From the NCBI GenBank assembly GCA_947629535.1, contig CANREC010000002.1, positions 265 through 64,264 on the forward strand: DNA of 64,000 nt, in the 5' to 3' direction. The DNA is from an uncultured Clostridia bacterium. GTDB taxonomy: Bacteria > Bacillota > Clostridia > Christensenellales > Borkfalkiaceae. This document shows, in pieces, positions 16,101-24,452 of this stretch; positions within the stretch are counted from its first letter, which is position 1, and each line of letters starts with the position of its first letter. The position numbers were made by a program, and so were the translations under genes. The notes beneath the pieces were generated by a model. The model saw nothing but the letters and a program-made list of their open reading frames with translations. It made no database searches and had not been told where the DNA came from.

Positions 16101-17188
16101 TCGGCGTCGACGTCACGATCGTGGAACGCCTCAAGGCAACCAAACAGGTCTGCAAGCTCATGGACGAGGGGAAGATCGATTACATCGTCTATACCGGCAA
16201 GACGGACGTCGATTCCATACAGGACTATATCGAACTGCATCATCACGCCATTCTGCTCGGCATCACGGTTTTGACCTCTCTCGACACGGCGAACGCCCTC
16301 TGCGACATCGTCGCGAGCAAATTTACCGAGGACAATACAGAGCTCGTTGACATCAACCATCTCCGCACGGAAAAGACCAAGCTCGAGTTTACCAAGATGG
16401 AATCGTGCGGCAACGACTTCATCTTCTTCGAGGACATGGAGGGGAAGATCACCTGCCCCGAGTCCTTGGCCGTCAATTTCGTCAACCGACATTACGGTAT
16501 CGGCGGGGACGGCATCGTCATTCTGAGCAGGTCCAATGTCGCAGATGCGAAGATGCGCATTTTCAACCAGGACGGCTCGGAGGGAATGGTCGCGGGCAAT
16601 GCCATTCGCTGTGCCGCAAAGTACCTCTATGAGAACGGTTTCGTTCAAAAGGAGACGATGAGGATAGAGACGATGGGGGGCGTGATGGAGCTCAAGGTAT
16701 TCTCCTTCGGCGGCGTCGTCACGTCAGCGAGCGTGGTGCTCGGGGCTCCCGCGATGCGGGAACTTCCCGCGGGGGACCTGCCCGTCAGCGATCCGCAGAC
16801 GGAGAGAGCGGCGCTCGTCGAGCTCGGCGGGCTGTTCTGCATCCTCTTTTGCGACAGGGTCGAGAAACTCTCCCTGAAGGATCTCGCCGAGAGGATCGAA
16901 GAGGACAAAAACTTCAAGGAAAAGCCCAATCTTGCCGCTGTGCGCGTCGTCAACGGGGCGACCATCAAGATGCGCAGCTGGGAACGCGGCAACGGAGAGA
17001 CGTATTCGAGCGGCACGGGCGCTGCCGCGGCCGCGTATGCGTGCGTGAAGTACGGGTTCTGTAGGCCCGATACCGACATCACCGTCAAGGTGCGCGGGGG
17101 TGACCTCATTGTGCACGATTCCTCCGACGGGACCGTCACGCTGACGGGCAATGTCAAAAAGATCTATGAAGGGAAGGTGGAATTCTGA
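13163..17188 (+). CDS. carB: Carbamoyl-phosphate synthase large subunit fused to a C-terminal DapF-like (diaminopimelate-epimerase-fold) domain
   Basis: ATG at 13163 with SD GGGGGA, overlapping the carA stop. The product is 1341 aa, against about 1070 for a usual CarB. The tail from about 16376 carries GNDF, FNQDGSE and ERGNGET motifs. Confidence 0.85.
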   Translation: MPLRKDIKKVLVIGSGPIVIGQAAEFDYAGAQACRVLKDAGMNVVLCNSNPATIMTDRMLADEIYLEPLTEESLKRIIVKERPDSLLASLGGQTGLTMGCKLAKSGFLDEWGVKLIGTKLDAIDRAEDRELFKETMQKIGMPVVPSDIAYTEEDCVKIAEGLGYPVIVRPAFTLGGAGGGVAHDKEELRLISHNGLMLSPIRQVLVEKYIGGWKEIEFEVLRDGKGNVITVCSMENVDPVGIHTGDSVVIAPAVTLSDKEYQMLRTASLDIITELGIEGGCNCQFALRPDSFEFAVIEVNPRVSRSSALASKATGYPIAKVATKIALGYTLDEIKNDVTGKTYACFEPALDYVVVKLPKWPFDKFLYAGRNLGSRMKATGEVMAIGSSFEQAIMKAVRGAEISIDTLDHPKFEKMSADQLRAEIAKMTDERIYAVYAALKKGVSVDEIYAVTKIDEWFLSKFLNLIGYEKRIAGRKITRAEYLEGKRLGFPDRAIERISGQKCPAHRKAAFKMVDTCAAEFGAETPYFYSTYDDPAHDEAKHFVAASGKKRVIVIGSGPIRIGQGIEFDYSSVHCVWTLKQLGYEVIIINNNPETVSTDFDTADRLYFESLTPEDVQNVIDVEKPYGVVITFGGQTAIKLCGYLAQAGVRILGTSADSVDMAEDRERFDELLERFRISRPKGLTVMTKEEAVKAAETLGYPVLLRPSYVIGGQNMTIAFTENDISRYMDVILAQHIENPVLCDKYLMGSELEVDAISDGVDVLIPGIMQHVERAGVHSGDSIAVYPPYHLSDAMKTRIVEVSTQLALELKTKGLINIQYLIYQNRLYVIEVNPRASRTIPYISKVTGVPMVELATKIMAGAKLRKLGFGTGLYPDSPYVAVKVPVFSFEKLNDVNSQLGPEMKSTGEVLGIGKTIEEALFKGLLSAGFKMCHPTKERPVGVYFTVNDQDKPELVSIAKKFADLGCRLYATAGTAKVISDLGVDVTIVERLKATKQVCKLMDEGKIDYIVYTGKTDVDSIQDYIELHHHAILLGITVLTSLDTANALCDIVASKFTEDNTELVDINHLRTEKTKLEFTKMESCGNDFIFFEDMEGKITCPESLAVNFVNRHYGIGGDGIVILSRSNVADAKMRIFNQDGSEGMVAGNAIRCAAKYLYENGFVQKETMRIETMGGVMELKVFSFGGVVTSASVVLGAPAMRELPAGDLPVSDPQTERAALVELGGLFCILFCDRVEKLSLKDLAERIEEDKNFKEKPNLAAVRVVNGATIKMRSWERGNGETYSSGTGAAAAAYACVKYGFCRPDTDITVKVRGGDLIVHDSSDGTVTLTGNVKKIYEGKVEF

Positions 17189-17793
17189 TGATCCAGAGAG
17201 ATCTCTTATATGAAGAGAGCGCCGTGAGCGCCCGCGCACAGACGGAGACGAAGTTTTACATGTTCTTCTTGGTCCTCGCCATCGTCTGTTTTGTCCTTGC
17301 GGGCATCGTCGCCTTTTTCTCGACCTCATTCATCCCGGGCATCCTTGCGGATGAAGAACTCACGACGATGGGGAAGGTGTTCAACGTCGGGTTCCTCATC
17401 TTTCTCATCCTTGCCTTTTTGGGGAGCGGGTTTGCCTTCTGGCTCATCCGTAAAAAGTTCAATGTCAGTTATGACTATACGTTCGTCGAGGACGAACTCC
17501 GCATCACGAAGGTGTTCAACGGAAGATCGAGAAAGTATTTTGCGACGATCTCGGCCGATTCCGTCCTCAGGATCGGTTGGTGCGAGAAACCGTCCTTTCA
17601 AGACGTCATGCGCGGCCTGAGCGGCAAGCCGCGGTTCCTTACGCCCAACAAGACGCCCGCCGAGGACAAGAGCTTTGTCTATGTGCTCGTCGGCGGCTCA
17701 CTGGGCAAGACGCTCTATATCCTCGAGTGCAGACAGATCTTGTTGGAATATCTCGTACGCAGTGCGGGCATCAATAAATTGGAGCGGGAATGA
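17188..17793 (+). CDS. Hypothetical 2-TM membrane protein with a soluble C-terminal domain
   Basis: 201 aa. The start overlaps the carB stop (TGATG) and the end overlaps the next start, so it is translationally coupled within the operon. Confidence 0.6.
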   Translation: MIQRDLLYEESAVSARAQTETKFYMFFLVLAIVCFVLAGIVAFFSTSFIPGILADEELTTMGKVFNVGFLIFLILAFLGSGFAFWLIRKKFNVSYDYTFVEDELRITKVFNGRSRKYFATISADSVLRIGWCEKPSFQDVMRGLSGKPRFLTPNKTPAEDKSFVYVLVGGSLGKTLYILECRQILLEYLVRSAGINKLERE

Positions 17794-18911
17794 TCTACTT
17801 CGACAATGCCGCCACGACCCGTCCTGACGCGGACGCACTCCGAAAGGCGGCGGAATTTACGACGGAACTTTATTTTAATCCCTCCGCCAAGTACGGCGGG
17901 GGATTTGCCGTTTCCCAAAAGCTCAGCGGCATGCGGGAAAGCCTTCTGCGTACCTTGGGCGGGACGGGAAGATACGACCTCATCTTCACTTCATGCGGCA
18001 CAGAGGCGGACGCCCAAGCCATTTTCTCGTGCGGAAGGCGCGGGAACGTCGTCACGACGGAAGGCGAGCATGCGGCGGTCTATGCGGCGTGTACAGAGCT
18101 CAAAAATCGCGGCGTCGAGCCCCGTTTTGCCCCTTTGGAGCGCGACGGAAGCGTTTCGCCCGAGAGGATCGCGTCCCTCGTGGATGAAAAGACGAGCCTC
18201 GTCGCGGTCGTTCATGTCAACAACGAGACGGGTGCGGTCAACGACATTGCCGCGATCGCAAGGGCGGTCAAGGCAAGGGATCCGCGCACGGTCTTTCTGA
18301 GCGACGGTGTGCAGGCGTACGGGAAATTGCCCTTTTTCCTCCCGCATGAGATCGATCTCTATGCCGTCAGCGCACACAAGATCGGGGGCCTCAAGGGAAC
18401 GGGAGCGCTCTTCAAGCGGAAGGGCCTCTCCCTGCATCCGCTCATCTTCGGCGGCGGACAGGAATCGGGGCTCAGGAGCGGCACTGAGAATACCTTCGGC
18501 ATCGCCGCCTTTGCCTATGCGGCCGAAAAGAAGTTTTTAACGGTCAAAGAGGACTTCGGAAGGCTGCTTTCCTACCGTGAGAGGCTGTTTTCGTTGCTCG
18601 ATCCGTCCATATTTCTCCGTCTCTCGCCCGAGAACGGCTCGCCGTACATTCTGACGGTTTCGGCTGTCGGTATGCGGGGCGAAGTGCTGCAACGGATGCT
18701 CTGGGACAGGGGGCTCTGCGTGGGAACGGGCAGTGCATGCTCCTCCAAAAGCCGTTTCAGCCGCGTTATGACCGCCTGCGGATATAAGGAGAACGTGCTC
18801 GACGGCGTGTTGCGCATGAGTTTTTCTCCCGACACGACTGAGGAAGAGATCGACAGCTCTGCCGAAATTCTCAATTCTGTCGCCAAAGAATATCAAAGGA
18901 ATACACTGTAA
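17790..18911 (+). CDS. Cysteine desulfurase (NifZ/IscS-like, partner of ThiI)
   Basis: 373 aa. PLP-lysine motif SAHKIGG and active-site GSACSS are present. It sits immediately upstream of thiI, as in the Bacillus nifZ-thiI arrangement. Confidence 0.85.
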   Translation: MIYFDNAATTRPDADALRKAAEFTTELYFNPSAKYGGGFAVSQKLSGMRESLLRTLGGTGRYDLIFTSCGTEADAQAIFSCGRRGNVVTTEGEHAAVYAACTELKNRGVEPRFAPLERDGSVSPERIASLVDEKTSLVAVVHVNNETGAVNDIAAIARAVKARDPRTVFLSDGVQAYGKLPFFLPHEIDLYAVSAHKIGGLKGTGALFKRKGLSLHPLIFGGGQESGLRSGTENTFGIAAFAYAAEKKFLTVKEDFGRLLSYRERLFSLLDPSIFLRLSPENGSPYILTVSAVGMRGEVLQRMLWDRGLCVGTGSACSSKSRFSRVMTACGYKENVLDGVLRMSFSPDTTEEEIDSSAEILNSVAKEYQRNTL

Positions 18912-20063
18912 ATGGAACAAGTCATCATCATCCGATATGCGGAAATTCATCTGAAGGGCAAGAACCGCGGCTATTTTGAGCGCGTCTTTGCCAATAATCT
19001 CGAAAAGGCAATGAAGGGTATCCGCCACGAGATCCATCGTACGAGCGGAAGATATCTTGTCGCCGATTTCGATGAGGAGAGAACGGACGAGATCATGCGG
19101 CGCGTCTCGAAGGTGTTCGGCGTGCACTCCTATTCGCTCGGACTTCTCACCGAAAACGACGAGGGCAGCATCTTCGAGGCCGTAAAGCTCCTTGCGCCCC
19201 AAGAGGGCACCTTCAAAGTGCAGACGCATCGCGGAGACAAGCATTATCCGCTCACGTCGATGGAGATCAGCGCCTGTATCGGCGGCAGATTGCTCGATGA
19301 AAATCACAATTTAAGGGTAGACGTCCACACCCCTCAACACACCATCTATATCGACATCCGCGAGAGCGGCAGAGCGCTCATTTTCTGCTCCTTTGCGGAC
19401 GGACTTCACGGCATGCCCGTATCTACCGCGGGGAAGGGACTTCTCCTCATCTCGGGCGGGATCGATTCTCCCGTCGCGGGGTACATGATGGCAAAGCGCG
19501 GCATGACGGTCGGAATGCTCCATTTCCACAGCTATCCGTACACCAACGAGGCCGCCAAGGAGAAGGTCGTCTCGCTCGCAAAAATCTTGTCCGATTACAC
19601 GCTCGTCAACCGTATCACGACGGTGAGCGTCACGCAGATACAGGAAGAGATCCACAGGAAATGCGCCGCCGAACTCAATGTGACGCTTTTGCGCCGTTTC
19701 ATGTTCCGCATCGCCGAGCGGATCGCGAAGTACGAAGGGGACGGCTGTCTCGTCACGGGGGAAAGCCTCGGACAGGTCGCAAGCCAGACGCTCGAGGGGC
19801 TGACCTCGTCCAATGCCGTCGTCAAACTTCCCGTCCTGCGCCCGCTCATCGGATTTGACAAAGAGGACATCATCGAAGTCGCAAAAAAAATCGGTACCTA
19901 CGAGACCTCGACGCTGCCGTACGAGGACTGCTGTACCGTATTTCTTCCCGATTTCCCCGCCATCAAGCCGAAACTTTCCTTCATCGAAGAGGAAGAGGGG
20001 AAACTTGACGTGGACGCCCTCGTGGAAGGGGCGCTTGCGACGCGCGAGGTCATCAAATTTTAA
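18912..20063 (+). CDS. thiI: tRNA 4-thiouridine(8) synthase ThiI (no rhodanese domain)
   Basis: 383 aa. THUMP-type N-terminus (IIIRYAEIHLKGKNR) and PP-loop SGGIDSPVA. Confidence 0.9.
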   Translation: MEQVIIIRYAEIHLKGKNRGYFERVFANNLEKAMKGIRHEIHRTSGRYLVADFDEERTDEIMRRVSKVFGVHSYSLGLLTENDEGSIFEAVKLLAPQEGTFKVQTHRGDKHYPLTSMEISACIGGRLLDENHNLRVDVHTPQHTIYIDIRESGRALIFCSFADGLHGMPVSTAGKGLLLISGGIDSPVAGYMMAKRGMTVGMLHFHSYPYTNEAAKEKVVSLAKILSDYTLVNRITTVSVTQIQEEIHRKCAAELNVTLLRRFMFRIAERIAKYEGDGCLVTGESLGQVASQTLEGLTSSNAVVKLPVLRPLIGFDKEDIIEVAKKIGTYETSTLPYEDCCTVFLPDFPAIKPKLSFIEEEEGKLDVDALVEGALATREVIKF

Positions 20064-22240
20064 TCTTCCCACCAACTGTCGGGAAGAGCTTTGGCGCGTT
20101 CGATGTGAACGAGGGGGAGATAGACCGTCTCTCCCTCGATTTCTTTGTAGAAAGGGGTGACGCTGTAACGGTAGCTTTCGCCTTCCTTCACAGAGCTGTC
20201 GCTGATACATTTTTGGTATTTTCCGCTGTAAATGACTGTTTCCACACCGTGATTTTCTCTTTTTACGATATAATCATAGTACTCTGTCTGACATAGTACT
20301 ATGTTTACGGTCCCATTGCTTACGGAAATCTTCGGCGTTTCGATCCTCGGCGCCGAATATTTTGTGCTCGTCTCATAGCCGCATGCGTTCTTTTTGAAGA
20401 TCTCGGGCCTGTCTGTCAGGAAGGGAGAATTGGGGTCGGAAAGCAGGATGCGATGATTTGTCTCATATTCCCGCATATCGATCCTGCGCGTCTCCACGCC
20501 GTCGCAGGGCGGGAAGGACGCGGGGGAATGTTCTCTATAAAGTGATTTCAGGATCTCGAGGGCGATGTTTGCGGGAAGGCCTCCGCCCGTTGTATCGATC
20601 TCCGTATTGTCCTTGTTGCCGAGCCAGACGGCGACGGTGTCCTCCGAGGTGTAGGCGATGGTATATGCGTCCGTGTTTCCCGTTTTTCCCTCGGCCGTTC
20701 CCGTCTTGGCACAGAGGTCAAAGGGGAGATTTTTCAGCTTTTTGGCTGTTCCTTCCTTGACGGCCGTTTTCAGCATATCGTTTAGAAGATAGCTCGTCTC
20801 CTCGGAAAAAACCTTGTTTTCATGCGGGCGATACGCATAGAGGACCTTCCCCGCGGCATTCTCGATGCGGGAAATTGTTTTGGAAGGAGCAAAAGTGCCG
20901 TACTTTGCGAGGACCGCGTACCCGTCCGCAAGCGATCGGAGAGAGAATCCTTCCCGCATGCCGCCGAGCGCCAATGCGAGGGAATAGTCCTCCTTTTCGA
21001 CATGCAGATCCATTTTATCGAGGTAGGCGGCTGCACGTTCGCACCCGATCGTGTTCAGGATCTTGACGGCAGGAATATTGACGCTGTGCGAAAGAGCGTA
21101 TCGGGCGCTCATGTATTTTCCGCTTGCGCCGCCCGCGTCGTCGGGACAATATCCCGCAAAGTCCGTCCGTTCATCTAAAATCGGGGTCGCGGGGCAGATG
21201 ATGTCCTCTTCGATCGCGGGTCCGTAGACGAGAAGGGGCTTTAGCGTCGACGCGGGGAGCCGTTTCAACACGCCGCAGGTGGAGTAGAAGGCCTTCAGAC
21301 CGTTCCCCCGATTGTCCCGCACGAGTGTGCATACGTCTGAATCCGCTTGCGTCTCTTCCAGTTTTTCCTGCATGTTTCTGTCGAGAAAGGTATAGACGCG
21401 GAGGGCGCCGAGGCTGCCCGTGTCTGCGTCGGGGAAGATTTGGGAAAGTTCGTCAAAGACGAGGGAGAGATAGCTGTCTCCGCTCTTCGTTTCGGCGGGA
21501 AACTCGGGCAGGGGATCTTGGACTGCGTCCGAATATTCTTTCTCGTCCAAGAAACCCTGTTCTTTCATGAGCTTGAGGATAAAATTCCGACGGGAAAAGC
21601 AGAGCTCCGCGTTGCGGAAGGGGGAATATCGGTTGGGGGACCTGACGAGAGCAGCGAGCATCGCGCTCTCCGAAGGTGTGAGATTTTCAGCCTCTTTGCC
21701 GAAATAGAAATCGGACGCCGCGGCGATGCCGAACACGTCGTGTCCGAAATAAATGGAATTGAGATAGAGCTCGATAATTTGGTCCTTCGAGTACTTTTTC
21801 TCGAGCTGCCGCGTCAATTTGATCTCTTTGAGCTTGCGTTCGATGGTCTTTTTGCTCGTGAGATGTGTGTTCTTGATGAGTTGTTGGGAGATGGTGGACG
21901 CGCCTTCACGGAAGGAGAAACTCTTGAGATTCTTGAGAATGGCGCCGCCGATGCGCTTATAGTCCAGTCCGTTGTGGGTATAGAAACGCTTGTCCTCAAC
22001 GGCCACGAAGGCCTGCGGGACGTATGCCGGCAGATCGCTGAGCGAGACGCTCTTTCTCCTCGCCGATTCGATCTGTTCGCCGTTTCCGTCATAGACGCGC
22101 ACGCATGCCGTGGACATCTGCAGCTTTTCGCTGTCGAGCCTGACGCCCGCCGTGACGCCGAGATAGCAGAATATCCCGCCGAGGAGCAGCGCCGCAAGCG
22201 TCCCGAGCGGGATCAGGATGGCAATGAGTACCTTTTTCAT
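20060..22240 (-). CDS. Class A penicillin-binding protein (transglycosylase/transpeptidase, PBP1A family)
   Basis: Start chosen at MKKVLIAILIPLG (signal anchor). GT51 motifs (EDKRFYTHNG, RKLKEI) and transpeptidase motifs STLKP and KTGT are present. The upstream part of the tracker ORF is not PBP-like. Confidence 0.88.
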   Translation of the reverse strand: MKKVLIAILIPLGTLAALLLGGIFCYLGVTAGVRLDSEKLQMSTACVRVYDGNGEQIESARRKSVSLSDLPAYVPQAFVAVEDKRFYTHNGLDYKRIGGAILKNLKSFSFREGASTISQQLIKNTHLTSKKTIERKLKEIKLTRQLEKKYSKDQIIELYLNSIYFGHDVFGIAAASDFYFGKEAENLTPSESAMLAALVRSPNRYSPFRNAELCFSRRNFILKLMKEQGFLDEKEYSDAVQDPLPEFPAETKSGDSYLSLVFDELSQIFPDADTGSLGALRVYTFLDRNMQEKLEETQADSDVCTLVRDNRGNGLKAFYSTCGVLKRLPASTLKPLLVYGPAIEEDIICPATPILDERTDFAGYCPDDAGGASGKYMSARYALSHSVNIPAVKILNTIGCERAAAYLDKMDLHVEKEDYSLALALGGMREGFSLRSLADGYAVLAKYGTFAPSKTISRIENAAGKVLYAYRPHENKVFSEETSYLLNDMLKTAVKEGTAKKLKNLPFDLCAKTGTAEGKTGNTDAYTIAYTSEDTVAVWLGNKDNTEIDTTGGGLPANIALEILKSLYREHSPASFPPCDGVETRRIDMREYETNHRILLSDPNSPFLTDRPEIFKKNACGYETSTKYSAPRIETPKISVSNGTVNIVLCQTEYYDYIVKRENHGVETVIYSGKYQKCISDSSVKEGESYRYSVTPFYKEIEGETVYLPLVHIERAKALPDSWWED
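20278..20300. repeat. Palindrome copy 4 (variant arms): AGTACTCTGTC-T-GACATAGTACT inside the PBP1A CDS
   Basis: 11-1-11 dyad with one mismatch. Its minus-strand reading shares 16 contiguous nt (AGTACTATGTCAGACA) with copy 2 at 29635. Confidence 0.55.
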
Positions 22241-22384
22241 CGATGACAGTATGTGTTTGTGTCCGAATTTTAAGCAGAGGGAGAGGAATTGCCCCCTGTG
22301 CCTTCCGCATTCGCAAAAGGGGGAAAGAGAGCCGCACGGGCGGAGGATTTTCTTTTCATTCGGGGATTTTCTCCCGTAAGATGA

Positions 22385-22413
22385 TTGAAAATCCATTTTA
22401 TTTATGTTATAAT
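22385..22413 (+). promoter_or_regulatory. Promoter of cobB, predicted leaderless
   Basis: TTGAAA, 17 nt, TGtTATAAT. The ATG at 22422 is 8 nt after the -10, with no SD. Confidence 0.6.
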
Positions 22414-22421
22414 AGTTCTGT

Positions 22422-23132
22422 ATGAAAACGTTACAGGAAATCATTGACGAGAGCCGTAAGATCGTCTTTTTCGGCGGAGCGGGGGTATCGACGGAGAGCG
22501 GGATCCCCGATTTTCGCTCCGAGGACGGGCTCTACCGTCAAAAATATACCGTCTCGTCGGAGACGATGCTCTCGCACGACTGGTTCTTTTCGCACACGGA
22601 GGAATTCTTCAAATTCTACCGTGACAAGATGCTGCCCCTTTGGGCACAGCCGAATGCGGCGCACAGAAAACTCGCCGAATTGGAGCAAAAGGGGAAACTT
22701 CTCGCCGTCGTCACGCAGAACATCGACGGTCTCCACCAAAAGGCGGGCAGCAAGAGGGTATACGAACTTCACGGCACCGTACATAAAAACACCTGTCTGA
22801 AGTGCGGAAAGAGATACTCGGCTGAGGACATCGCTGCGGCAGAGGGCGTTCCGCACTGCGCCTGCGGCGGGCTCATCAAACCCGATGTCGTGCTGTACGG
22901 CGAATCGCTCGACGGGGACACTATCGAAGGAGCTGTCCGTGCCATTGCCGCGGCCGATACGCTCATCGTTGCGGGAACGTCGCTCACCGTCTACCCTGCG
23001 GCGGGTTTCGTGAGCTATTTCAGGGGGAAATCTCTCGTCCTCATCAACCGTGACCCGACGCCGCTCGACAGTCAATGCGACCTCGTCCTGCACGGCAAGG
23101 TCGGGGAAATACTTTCGGGGATCAACGTATGA
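22422..23132 (+). CDS. cobB: NAD-dependent protein deacylase (Sir2 family)
   Basis: 236 aa. Motifs GAGVSTESGIPDFRS, TQNIDGLH and the zinc ribbon CLKCG...CACGG. Confidence 0.9.
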   Translation: MKTLQEIIDESRKIVFFGGAGVSTESGIPDFRSEDGLYRQKYTVSSETMLSHDWFFSHTEEFFKFYRDKMLPLWAQPNAAHRKLAELEQKGKLLAVVTQNIDGLHQKAGSKRVYELHGTVHKNTCLKCGKRYSAEDIAAAEGVPHCACGGLIKPDVVLYGESLDGDTIEGAVRAIAAADTLIVAGTSLTVYPAAGFVSYFRGKSLVLINRDPTPLDSQCDLVLHGKVGEILSGINV

Positions 23133-24439
23133 AATATCATATCGTCACATACGGATGCCAGATGAATCTCCATGAGTCGGAGAAGATCGCGGGCATTCTC
23201 CAAGAGAAGGGGTATACCGAGGAATCGGCCATCGACGACGCCGATATTATCGTCTTTAACACCTGCTGCATCCGCGAAAATGCCGAAAATCATGCCTTCG
23301 GCAACATCGGCGCTCTCAAAAGGCACAAGCGGGAGAAAAAGGACCTCATCATCGCCGTCGGCGGGTGCATGGCGCAGGAGAAGGGCAAGGCCGAGCTCAT
23401 CAGGGAGAAATTTCCCTTCGTCGACATCCTCTTCGGCACCCATAATCTGAGTGAGCTCGGCGACCTCATCGACAGAAAGAAGGCGCAGAAAAAGCGCGTC
23501 TTTTCCCTCAGGGAGGAGAGAGAGGAAACGGAGGACGGCGTCCTGCCCGTCCGCACGGGCTATCCCGGGGCATGGGTCAACATCATGTACGGATGCAACA
23601 ACTTCTGCTCCTATTGCATCGTGCCCTATGTGCGGGGACGGGAGCGTTCGCGGAACGCCGACGACGTCGTCCGTGAGGTGGAAGAGCTCGTCCAAGAGGG
23701 GTACAAGGAGATCACCCTTCTCGGCCAAAACGTCAATTCTTACCGCGGCGGGGACGGAACGACGTTCCCCGAACTTCTCGACAGATGCGCAAGCGTCGAT
23801 GGGGAGTTTCGGCTGCGTTTCATGACTTCCCACCCAAAGGACTTCTCCGAGGAGCTCGTGAAGGTCGTCAAGAAACATAAAAAGATCTGCAATTCCATCC
23901 ATTTGCCCGTTCAGTCGGGCTCGGACCGCATTCTCTCCCTCATGAACAGGCGCTATACGCGCGAAAAATACCTCGGGGAGATCGCCATGCTCCGCCGCGT
24001 GATCCCCGACTGTGCCGTGACGACGGACATCATCGTCGGTTTTCCCACCGAGACGGAAGAGGAGTTTCAAGAGACGCTCTCCCTCGTGAGAGAGGCGGGT
24101 TTTGCCTCGGCTTTCATGTTCATCTATTCCCCGAGGACGGGAACGAAAGCGGCGCAGATGGACGGGCAGATCCCCGAAGAGATCGCAAAGGACAGGCTGT
24201 CGCGGCTCATCGAGGCCGTCAACGAGCAGACGCGGGAGATCAGCGCGGGCTATGTCGGCAAGACTTGCGAGATCCTCTGCGAGGGATATGACGAAAAGAA
24301 GAAACTCTATCTCGGCAGGGACGAATACGGCAGAATGGGGTATTTCGAGAGCGACAGAGACCGCATCGGAGAATTTATCACGCTCAAGGTCGAGCGTGCC
24401 AACGGCATTTCCCTTTACGGGAGCATTGCAAAAGCTTAA
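23129..24439 (+). CDS. miaB: tRNA-2-methylthio-N6-dimethylallyladenosine synthase
   Basis: MKYHIVTYGCQMN UPF0004 domain, radical-SAM CNNFCSYC and a TRAM C-terminus. The start overlaps the cobB stop. Confidence 0.88.
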   Translation: MKYHIVTYGCQMNLHESEKIAGILQEKGYTEESAIDDADIIVFNTCCIRENAENHAFGNIGALKRHKREKKDLIIAVGGCMAQEKGKAELIREKFPFVDILFGTHNLSELGDLIDRKKAQKKRVFSLREEREETEDGVLPVRTGYPGAWVNIMYGCNNFCSYCIVPYVRGRERSRNADDVVREVEELVQEGYKEITLLGQNVNSYRGGDGTTFPELLDRCASVDGEFRLRFMTSHPKDFSEELVKVVKKHKKICNSIHLPVQSGSDRILSLMNRRYTREKYLGEIAMLRRVIPDCAVTTDIIVGFPTETEEEFQETLSLVREAGFASAFMFIYSPRTGTKAAQMDGQIPEEIAKDRLSRLIEAVNEQTREISAGYVGKTCEILCEGYDEKKKLYLGRDEYGRMGYFESDRDRIGEFITLKVERANGISLYGSIAKA

Positions 24440-24452
24440 CGGAGGAAGGATC

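Noticed and set aside
24102-24452. 117-aa N-terminal extension of the MutS ORF
   Set aside because: It overlaps the well-supported miaB 3' end in another frame and is Arg/Ser-rich low complexity. The canonical MutS N-terminus with a GGAGGA SD starts at 24453. Similar over-extensions were trimmed for nfnB, miaB, miaA, upp, potC, murI, mraZ, ftsW, groES and comEB.
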